64,000 nucleotides of DNA from Candidatus Latescibacterota bacterium. Lineage in GTDB: Bacteria > Latescibacterota > UBA2968 > UBA8231. The translations under genes were made by a program, and so were the position numbers. The DNA lies in contig OZ242318.1 of NCBI GenBank assembly GCA_965208105.1, forward strand, positions 1,696,001 to 1,760,000, given 5' to 3'. The notes under the pieces were generated by a model. It was not told the origin of the DNA, searched no databases, and was given only the letters and a program-made list of their open reading frames with translations. Positions within the stretch are counted from its first letter, which is position 1; each line of letters starts with the position of its first letter. Shown piece by piece: positions 45,614 to 53,561 of the stretch.

Positions 45614-46861
45614 ATGAGCGATTTCGACTGGATCATAAAGGGCGGCCGCCTCATCGATCCCGCCAACCAGGTCGACGACCATCTCGACCTGGGCATCTCG
45701 GACGGAAAGATCGCAGAGGTCGGCAGGGGACTCGATGCGGCCACCGCCGATCAGGTGCACGACGCCGGCGGCAGGCTGGTGGTGCCGGGGCTCGTGGACC
45801 TGCACGCCCACTGCTACCGGGGGAGGACCCCGGCTGGCGTTGACATCGACCACTATGGCCTGGGGCGCGGGGCGACCACATGCGTGGACGCCGGCAGCGC
45901 CGGCTGCGACACCTTGGACGACTTCCGCGCCCGTGCGGTGCAGCGCTTCAAGTCGCGCGTGCTCGCCTTCCTCAACATCTCGAGAGTGGGTCTGTCGGTC
46001 AGCTATGACGACGGCGGCCGCGAGCTCGAGCACCTCGACCGCGCCGAGTTAATCGATCATGCCGGCTGCGCCGCCTGCCTCGAGTCCAACCGCGACCTCC
46101 TGGTCGGGGTCAAGGTGCTGCTCTCCGCCTCACTGGCCGACAATGGCCGCAACGAGGCGAAGGCCTTCATCGAAGCCAGGAGGGCGGCGGCGGCAACCGC
46201 CACCCCGCTGATGACCCACCACAGCCTGTCCACCGTTTCCCTCGACGACTGCCCGGGAGCCTTGCGCGAGGGCGACATCTACACCCACTGCTACCACGGC
46301 TTCGCGAGCACCATCCTCGACCCGGAGAGCCGCCGGGTGCATCCGGCGGTGCAGATGGCGCGGGAGCGCGGTGTGCTCTTCGACATCGGCCACGGCATGG
46401 GGGCCTTCAACTGGACCGTAGGGGAGATCTGCGCCGAACAGGGGTTCTGGCCCGACACCATCAGCTCCGACCTGCACACCGGCTGCTTCGAGGGCCCTGC
46501 CTACGACATGCCCACCGTGATGACGAGGATGCTGCACCTGGGCATGCCGCTCGCCGAGGTCATCCGGCGCTCGACCATCGCCCCTGCCGCTGCCATCGGA
46601 TGGTCCGACCGCATCGGTACCCTGGGCGCCGGGCGCGAGGCCGACATAGCCGTACTGGCCCTCGAGGAGGCGGACATGGACCTCGAGGACTGCCAGGGGC
46701 AGATGCGCCGGGTCGGCCGGCGCCTGGTGGCCACAGCGGTGTGGCGCGCCGGGGTGGCGGCCAAGGTCACCGAACCGCGCAGCTTTCCCAACCGGCGCAG
46801 AATCGAGGAGTCCAGGGAGAACTGGCCCAAACTCGAGATCCGCGACCCATCCCTCGATTGA
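45614..46861 (+). CDS. Dihydroorotase-like amidohydrolase/deacetylase family metallohydrolase
   Basis: IKGGRLIDP, PGLVDLHAH, VDAGSAG, GDIYTHCY, FDIGHG, ISSDLH. Confidence 0.88.
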   Translation: MSDFDWIIKGGRLIDPANQVDDHLDLGISDGKIAEVGRGLDAATADQVHDAGGRLVVPGLVDLHAHCYRGRTPAGVDIDHYGLGRGATTCVDAGSAGCDTLDDFRARAVQRFKSRVLAFLNISRVGLSVSYDDGGRELEHLDRAELIDHAGCAACLESNRDLLVGVKVLLSASLADNGRNEAKAFIEARRAAAATATPLMTHHSLSTVSLDDCPGALREGDIYTHCYHGFASTILDPESRRVHPAVQMARERGVLFDIGHGMGAFNWTVGEICAEQGFWPDTISSDLHTGCFEGPAYDMPTVMTRMLHLGMPLAEVIRRSTIAPAAAIGWSDRIGTLGAGREADIAVLALEEADMDLEDCQGQMRRVGRRLVATAVWRAGVAAKVTEPRSFPNRRRIEESRENWPKLEIRDPSLD

Positions 46862-46919
46862 GCCCCGCCGATGACCGGGCCACCTCCCTTCCAACTTCCC
46901 CAATCCACGAGGAGGAGCC

Positions 46920-48416
46920 ATGAATCAAGGACCTGACTCCCGCCCACCCGACATCGTTCTCATCATGTCGGACCAGCACAACCGCTCTGTCATGGGATGC
47001 GCCGGACATCCGCTGGTGCGGACCCCGAACCTTGACGCTCTCGCCCGGCAGGGGACCCGCTTCACCAACGCTTACTGCCCCTTCCCCCTCTGCGGTCCTT
47101 CGCGGGCGGGCTTCATGACCGCCCGGTATCCCAGCACCATCGAGGTCTTCGACGGCGACGATTTCCCCTCTGCGGTGCCCACCTTCGCCCACGGCATGGG
47201 GGCCGCCGGCTACGAGGCGGTACTGTGCGGGCGCATGGGCTGGGCCGAGCTGGACCAGTTCCATGGCTTCGAAAGCCGCATCCACGGCGACGTCGTGACC
47301 TTCGACGCCATCCACGAGGAGATTATTGGCCGCGGGTTCAACAAGACAGGCGGGCAGACCCGCTACGCGGTAGAAGTCGCGGGCCATGGCCGCACCGGCT
47401 TCCAGCTATTCGACCAGAGCGTGGTCGACTCGGCCCGTTCGTTCATTTTCCGGCGCCGCACCGGCGACCGTCCCTATTGCCTGGTGGTTGGTCTGATGCT
47501 TCCCCACAATCCCCTGATCGGCCGGCGCGAGCTGTTCGAGTACTACCTGGAACGGATCCAGGCCCCGGAGCCGGTGTCGAAGGACTATCTCGACAGGCTC
47601 CATCCGGCGATCAGGAGATGGCGTGAGCGCCGGGAGGTGGACGATCTGACCCCTGAGCAGAATCGGCGCGGACTGGCCGCGTACTACGCCCTGGTAACGG
47701 AGCTGGACGGCAGCGTCGGGCGCATCGTCGACGCGGTGAAGGACTCGTCCGGGGGGGAGAACACCATCTTCATCTATTGCTCCGACCACGGCGACATGGC
47801 CTGCGAGCACGGCATGTGGTGGAAGAGCAATTTCTACGAGGGTTCAATCGGCGTTCCCCTCATCGTCTCCGGACCCGGGGTGGAAGCAGACCGGGTCAAT
47901 CATTCGGTGGTGAGCCTGGTGGACGTGGGACCGACCATGCTGGAGATCGCCGGCGCGGAACCGCTGCCCGACGTGGCCGGCCGCAGCTTTGCGGCGGGCC
48001 TGCGCGGCGACGGCTCCATACCGGGATGGCCCGACGAGGTGTTCGCCGAGTACTGCGGGTTCTGGGGCGACCAACCGGGCTACATGATAAGGTCCAAACA
48101 GTGGAAGATGAACTACTACCACGAGTTCAAATCGTGCCAGTTGTTCAACCTGGAAGAGGACCCGGGCGAGCTGCGGGACCGCGCCTACGACCCGGAATGC
48201 CGGGAGATCATGGAGGGACTGCTGCGCAAAGTCGGGCAGCGCTGGGACGGAGACAGCTACCAGGAGGCCCACCAGAGGCAACTGCGGGCCAGCGAGCTGA
48301 TCCGCCGCTGCGGCCACGGACTGTCGCCGCACGAGGTTGTCCATTTCTCGGGAATGCCCGAATACAGTCAGTTCGACTTCTCCCAGTTGCCGCAACCACC
48401 CAGGAAAAAAGTTTGA
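46920..48416 (+). CDS. Sulfatase (formylglycine-dependent, choline-sulfatase-like)
   Basis: IMSDQH, TPNLD, LCGPSRAG (CxPSR), SDHGD, KSNFYEGS..VPLI. Confidence 0.92.
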   Translation: MNQGPDSRPPDIVLIMSDQHNRSVMGCAGHPLVRTPNLDALARQGTRFTNAYCPFPLCGPSRAGFMTARYPSTIEVFDGDDFPSAVPTFAHGMGAAGYEAVLCGRMGWAELDQFHGFESRIHGDVVTFDAIHEEIIGRGFNKTGGQTRYAVEVAGHGRTGFQLFDQSVVDSARSFIFRRRTGDRPYCLVVGLMLPHNPLIGRRELFEYYLERIQAPEPVSKDYLDRLHPAIRRWRERREVDDLTPEQNRRGLAAYYALVTELDGSVGRIVDAVKDSSGGENTIFIYCSDHGDMACEHGMWWKSNFYEGSIGVPLIVSGPGVEADRVNHSVVSLVDVGPTMLEIAGAEPLPDVAGRSFAAGLRGDGSIPGWPDEVFAEYCGFWGDQPGYMIRSKQWKMNYYHEFKSCQLFNLEEDPGELRDRAYDPECREIMEGLLRKVGQRWDGDSYQEAHQRQLRASELIRRCGHGLSPHEVVHFSGMPEYSQFDFSQLPQPPRKKV

Positions 48417-48628
48417 GCGGGGTGAGGCGTGCCGGGATGGCAGAGCGTGGTCGGGATTTCCGGCCCAAGGGATAGGAGAAGAATGGTAAGGAGTCGGGGA
48501 GGGCGTCGAAAAAATCGACGAAGATCCGGTATTTTGAAATTTGTATGTCCGCCAATTTATGGCTTCATTTGTCGGTACATGTCATGCCATCAGTTCAGGA
48601 GGTTTTCGTGAAAAAGAGAGATTCAATC

Positions 48629-48829
48629 ATGCAAGCCGTGCAGGAACTTCAATCAGCCGTTTCCCGACTCTCGGCGCAAGAACTCGCCCGTTTCAGGGAA
48701 TGGTTCGATGAATTCGATTCCGAAGCTTGGGATCGACAATTTGAAAAAGATGTGAAATCAGGAAAGTTGGAGCGACATGCCGACCAGGCAATCGCAGATT
48801 TTCGGGCAGGGAAGTGCAAAGAATTGTGA
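48629..48829 (+). CDS. Putative antitoxin (small acidic protein)
   Basis: 66 aa, FREWFDEFD..WDRQFEKDV..GKL; GTGA overlap with the downstream toxin-like gene. Confidence 0.7.
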   Translation: MQAVQELQSAVSRLSAQELARFREWFDEFDSEAWDRQFEKDVKSGKLERHADQAIADFRAGKCKEL

Positions 48830-49083
48830 ATCACTTCACAAGCCCTTCATTTTGGGAGTGCTATCGAAAACTCCCGCGAAATATTCAAAAACTGGCAGAT
48901 GAAAATTTCCAATTGCTGAAGAGAGATGCGCGACATCCATCCTTACATTTGAAGAAGGTCGAAAGATTTTGGTCCGCAAGGGTAGGAATAAAATACCGGA
49001 CTGTCGCCCTGGAAGTTGAAGAAGGCTTGGTTTGGTTCTGGATTGGAACACACGCTGATTACGACAAGCTGATTCACGAATGA
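48826..49083 (+). CDS. RelE/ParE-like toxin
   Basis: FWECYRKLP..IQ, HPSLHLKKV..WSARVG..YR, WFWIGTHADYD. Confidence 0.8.
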   Translation: MNHFTSPSFWECYRKLPRNIQKLADENFQLLKRDARHPSLHLKKVERFWSARVGIKYRTVALEVEEGLVWFWIGTHADYDKLIHE

Positions 49084-49347
49084 TCTATCGGTCCACGTCG
49101 CCACGGATGAGAGTTCATCCTTGGTTCAGTTGCCGTGTCTGATCGATACTCCTTTTAAAACTCCTTGGTCACCTACGCTTACCTCGTCCGCCATTCTTTG
49201 GCTCGGCGTTGGCCTTTTAAGATAATCAGATTTGTGGACATTGCTGGTCTAGCCATTACAACTATTTCATTACTGGGCAGCGATGCTGTATAGCCCACTC
49301 GGAGAGAGTTCCGTTGGCTTGCATTAGACTCACGTAGAACTGCGGAA

Positions 49348-51468
49348 TCAACGGTACAAAGGCTCCAATTCACGCTTAATTAATTCAATCTTGTCAGGAT
49401 ATTTTTCTTTCAATATTCGAATGATCCTCCCGTCCTCGACATGTTCTTGGAATTCTTTGGCACTAATCCCCAATCCTCTAGTCGTACGGTCGCGAACAGT
49501 ATTCTGGTTGACCGTAAGATCTCCAGCTACAAACCTGCAAGCCTCGGAGTAACGCACTCCATTTTTCATCTGCCGAATAACGGGTATCAAATAATCATTA
49601 ACACTCTCACGCCTTTTTTTATCTCTGTTATTTTCTGCGTTACCGTCTCCATTACCATTAATAAGATCCAGCTTCTGCGCTTCACGCCCCAACAGGTGCA
49701 ACACTTTGTTCCGTGCACTGTCAAGTATCGCCTTCCTGTCAATCGGCTGGGTTTCCAATTTTTCGAGCTCGTTTTTCCAGTCTGCCAGTTCCGATTTCAG
49801 GCCACCTTCCCATTCATTGAACATGCGGCGTTCCTGTACCCGGCTCCTTGGACGCTTCGTTTCCGGCAAGGCGGCGATATGTCTCTCGAACGATGCATCC
49901 AAAACCTCATCATCCTTCAATTCCCTTTCCCGCGCTTCAATCTTCTCAATTAGTTCGAGTTGACGGTTCTCGCTGGCCCCTGTAACACTCCGGCGCTCTT
50001 GCTCGAGCAGTTCTTTCAGCATGCCGGACAGACGTTCGGCCCATTCGTCGTTCAACTCGGGGAAATCCTTCATATCGTCCTCCGGGGGGTAGTCTTCGAT
50101 CAACCCATCCAGTGGTTCGGCAACGGGCAAATGTGCTTGTATATGAGCATCGATGTGGCAATGGTCGCACACCAGTTGATGTGCGTCGCCGCAGAAATCT
50201 TCAAATTCCCAGCGTTTCCAGGCCCGCCATTTGCCGCAACGTTCACAGTCTTTTCCGAAAGCATAGCCACAGTTCCGGCAATGATGACTGGCGGCATGAG
50301 ATACGGTTCCGCATTCCGGGCACCAGACAACCGGTGCATCGCCGGGGTCTTGCTCACCACGCGGTCTCAAAGACCATTGCCGCTCTTCCTCGGGTAATCC
50401 GTGAATCACAGAATTTGCGGCCAAATCGAGAATCACGCAGTTGCCTCCGTTCTCTTTTGGACGCAAACCGCGGCCAACCATCTGTAAGAAAAGGGCTAGG
50501 CTCAGCGTTGGCCGGGCAATTACGATGCAGGATGCATCAGGCAAATCAAACCCCTCGGTGGCCACGATCACATTGACCAGCACTTTGATGGTGCCTTCTT
50601 TGAAGCCCGAAATCGCTTTGTTGCGTTCTTCGCTGCCGGAATCACCGAGGATGACCGTCGCCGCTACTCCGGCTTTATTGAATACGTCCCTCAGGTTTTG
50701 GGCGTGTTCCACGGAAACGGCGTAGGTGATAGTTGGACGGTTACCGGCATGCTTTTGCCAGAACTCCAGAACCTCTGCCGTCATCACAAGCGGCCGGTTC
50801 TTATTGGCCAGTACAATTCCCGCTTCGGTGAATTCACCGGAAACACGGTCAACCTCGCCGCCAATTATGCGCTTTTCCGGAGGCGGCAACAGGGTCCGGG
50901 CATCGCACAGCCAATTATCGGATTGCAAATCAGCGACTTGGGGTCCACAGCGCAAAACTCCGAACAGATGGTCGAATCCCTCTTTCTTCGACGTCCGCCA
51001 GGGCGTGGCGGTCATGCCCAGGATGCGGCCGGGCCACTGCTGCATCGCCCGCTCCCAACCCGCGGCGGCAGCGTGGTGCGCTTCGTCGATCACCATCAGG
51101 TCATCGGCGTCATACCTGTTCCAAACCTCCCTTTTGGCGGTGCGCCGCCCCACGGTCTGCGCCATCAGGATGACCGCGCCCTGGCTCATTGCCGGCGCAT
51201 CGGTTCCCGGCGTCCACCTCACATCGGTCATCGCCGGAACGTGGGCATCCGTGAGCATCCTGCATGTCTGTTCCGCGAGTTCCTTGCGGTGGGTCAGCCA
51301 GACTGCCTTGCGCCCGCCCATGAGCCAAGAGGAAAGCAGCGCCCCGCCGATGATGGTTTTGCCGCCGCCGGTGGGAAGCTGCATCATTACCCGCGCATTG
51401 TCCTTGGCGCCTAAAGCGTTCTCAACCTGCTGCAGCAAATCTCGCTGGTAGGAACGGAGTTTCAGCAT
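49348..51468 (-). CDS. SF2 DEAD/DEAH-box helicase with zinc ribbons and C-terminal extension
   Basis: LRSYQ, LPTGGGKT, IDEAHH, GMTATP, EGFDLP, QMVGRGLR; multiple CxxC pairs. Confidence 0.92.
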   Translation of the reverse strand: MLKLRSYQRDLLQQVENALGAKDNARVMMQLPTGGGKTIIGGALLSSWLMGGRKAVWLTHRKELAEQTCRMLTDAHVPAMTDVRWTPGTDAPAMSQGAVILMAQTVGRRTAKREVWNRYDADDLMVIDEAHHAAAAGWERAMQQWPGRILGMTATPWRTSKKEGFDHLFGVLRCGPQVADLQSDNWLCDARTLLPPPEKRIIGGEVDRVSGEFTEAGIVLANKNRPLVMTAEVLEFWQKHAGNRPTITYAVSVEHAQNLRDVFNKAGVAATVILGDSGSEERNKAISGFKEGTIKVLVNVIVATEGFDLPDASCIVIARPTLSLALFLQMVGRGLRPKENGGNCVILDLAANSVIHGLPEEERQWSLRPRGEQDPGDAPVVWCPECGTVSHAASHHCRNCGYAFGKDCERCGKWRAWKRWEFEDFCGDAHQLVCDHCHIDAHIQAHLPVAEPLDGLIEDYPPEDDMKDFPELNDEWAERLSGMLKELLEQERRSVTGASENRQLELIEKIEARERELKDDEVLDASFERHIAALPETKRPRSRVQERRMFNEWEGGLKSELADWKNELEKLETQPIDRKAILDSARNKVLHLLGREAQKLDLINGNGDGNAENNRDKKRRESVNDYLIPVIRQMKNGVRYSEACRFVAGDLTVNQNTVRDRTTRGLGISAKEFQEHVEDGRIIRILKEKYPDKIELIKRELEPLYR

Positions 51469-51500
51469 AGGTAATATCCTTCACGGAAAAGAAGGTTGAT

Positions 51501-51716
51501 CTACCTTGCCCATGTGATATTTACCAGATCTTCCGGATTCCCTTTAATCACATGCTTCCTCTTCCGCAAGTTCCGAAGTTTGTCCGTGCTTTCCAAGGGT
51601 GAAATTACGAGTTTTCTATCTCCTTTACTGATTTTGACTGGAACACCCGTATTCAAGATTTCATCCAGTATCTGGCAGGTATTTCCCCGCAATTCGGTTG
51701 TGGTAATTGTTTTCAT
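51501..51716 (-). CDS. Phd/YefM-family antitoxin (orphan, possibly truncated)
   Basis: MKTITTTELRGNTCQILDEILNTGVPVKIS; RBS GAGGAG before ATG 51716. Confidence 0.75.
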   Translation of the reverse strand: MKTITTTELRGNTCQILDEILNTGVPVKISKGDRKLVISPLESTDKLRNLRKRKHVIKGNPEDLVNITWAR

Positions 51717-51854
51717 TTTGCTCCTCAATCGTGAATAGACCATTTCACCAAAGATTGCAAAAATTCGTAATAGGATAATTGAGCCTATGCGAGACTTTTT
51801 TTTAACCTTACCCATTTCTTGTCGAGATGGACCGGCAGTTGCCAATGTTCGCTT

Positions 51855-52157
51855 TCATTTCACCATTCCCTTCTGCCGGCCGCGGCGCAGGGTGCGCTTC
51901 TGATCCACGGGTCGAGAAGGATAGGCAGTGACGACCTGGCCGTCGCGCATTACTACCTTGTGGTTGGCAAGGCGCTCCAGTACCCCGATCCCCCTTTTGA
52001 GGATTTCGATCCCTCGGACCACATCCCTCTTACGCATGATCCAGGTCTGGTCATCAACTTGCGTTCCCATTGCAATAATGAGTGAAATATCCTTTGCGCG
52101 GATGCCTCGCTGCTGCATGCGCGTCTCGGCGTGGCGGGTATAGACGAAATCGGTCAT
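51855..52157 (-). CDS. DUF4258-like small basic protein
   Basis: YTRHAETRMQQRGI...VVTAY; ATGA overlap with the XRE gene. Confidence 0.7.
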   Translation of the reverse strand: MTDFVYTRHAETRMQQRGIRAKDISLIIAMGTQVDDQTWIMRKRDVVRGIEILKRGIGVLERLANHKVVMRDGQVVTAYPSRPVDQKRTLRRGRQKGMVK

Positions 52158-53143
52158 TTGTCGTCTCCTTTTTCTGCAACTGCCGAATCGGTCTCTTGGG
52201 AATCCGCCTCTTCCAAAAATTTCTTCAATTTTTCCGATGGGTCCTTGCCCACGTATTCTATAAAAATTTCCCAATCCTCTTCCGACAATTCCTTATAGAA
52301 GTTTGGCAGTTTGGATTTGAGCCAATTCTCTCGCTCCTCACCGGCGTCTTCCTTCATCAGTTCTTCAGGAATCTGGGAGACCCGGACATGTCCAGTTTCA
52401 AGAGCCCCCTTTGCCTTGGCAGAACCGTTGGCTAATCGGTCGAGTTCGTCTCGGCAGATGTCATAGTCGGGGTGCACCATAGGCCTTCCGAAATGGAGAT
52501 TACCAAGATCAGTTACCTGAACAACGCCCGGAATTTCAAGATCGGCAGTCAGCTTGTATAAGTAGCTTGCAAATTGGTTGCTGTTGGAAGTATCGAAAGC
52601 CTGACTGAATATTTCCTCCTTATCAATGGAAGAACTTTCTTCGGTCGAATCCCTCCCCGCAAGGCCCAAGGTGTCTACGAAGCGGCCGTCGTAATCGATC
52701 GCCTCCAAGCGGTCAATTATCTCATCTGCTTCCTGCAACCTTTCGCGCCGATGCGCGAGGCTCCCCTCGGCGAGAAGGGTGAAGAACAGCGGCGCCATGT
52801 TGATGATCTCGGTTGCACTGACACCATATCGGCGTTTGATGAGGTCATAGGCGAGCCGCGTCCTCGGTGCAACCTGCGCGCCGATCTGGACGCGCTCACG
52901 GTCGGCGGCGAGGGCATTGTTGTACTCGGGAAGCGGCACCTCGCCCGTGAGTACGCCCGGTTCGACGCCGAGTGCCTTGGAAAGCCTGTTCAAAGTGTCC
53001 TCACGGTTTTTTCTGCTTTTCTGCGGTTCGTTCTCCAGGCGCTGGATCGTGCGCTCGGTGACGCCAGACCGCTTGGCCAACTGGGGGCGCGACAGACTCT
53101 TTCCCATGCGTAGAGTACGAAGGCGTTCAGAATCTATTTTCAT
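52154..53143 (-). CDS. XRE-family HTH protein with large unknown C-terminal domain
   Basis: LRTLRMGKSLSRPQLAKRSGVTERTIQRLE...LSKALGV. Confidence 0.85.
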   Translation of the reverse strand: MKIDSERLRTLRMGKSLSRPQLAKRSGVTERTIQRLENEPQKSRKNREDTLNRLSKALGVEPGVLTGEVPLPEYNNALAADRERVQIGAQVAPRTRLAYDLIKRRYGVSATEIINMAPLFFTLLAEGSLAHRRERLQEADEIIDRLEAIDYDGRFVDTLGLAGRDSTEESSSIDKEEIFSQAFDTSNSNQFASYLYKLTADLEIPGVVQVTDLGNLHFGRPMVHPDYDICRDELDRLANGSAKAKGALETGHVRVSQIPEELMKEDAGEERENWLKSKLPNFYKELSEEDWEIFIEYVGKDPSEKLKKFLEEADSQETDSAVAEKGDDK

Positions 53144-53366
53144 GGCTCAGGTCTCCTCGAAATTTTGTCGGAACAATATTAACATCGAAACCACGCAGAA
53201 AATACCCTAATTTTATCTATAAATCAATAGACATAATTAGAAATATCCCTTTTTTTATAAATTATATGCGGCATAAAATGTAATAATATCCTCTTTCTGA
53301 CCATTGGAAGACTGCCTAGGCACCTCCACAAGGCCTGAGGGAAGACAAACACAGACATCTCGAAAC

Positions 53367-53445
53367 GGCTTGCCGGCCATGTAGCCCTTCACCCCGCCGT
53401 AGCGCAGCAGGACCGGACCAGCTTCACCATCCAGGCAATGTTGAA
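53367..53445 (-). pseudogene. Frameshifted fragment of a DUF6785-type permease 3' region
   Basis: Near-direct repeat of 53668-53741 with an extra GGACC. Confidence 0.7.
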
Positions 53446-53561
53446 AGCAGCGCCATTCCCCGACCTTATTCTAGGAACGAAGATCTCGAAGCCGGCAGAC
53501 TGGTAGGGATAGGCGAAATGAGCACCGGATCGGCCGTGGACTTGCCTGAGCTAGAAGGGAT

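Noticed and set aside
49179-49373. 64-aa ORF downstream of the helicase
   Set aside because: No RBS or recognisable motif; overlaps the helicase end
51496-51738. Plus-strand ORF starting MIYLAHV, resembling a VapC/PIN N-terminus
   Set aside because: Antisense to the Phd gene; the resemblance arises from an imperfect palindrome AAGGTTGATCTACCTT and no PIN acidic residues follow
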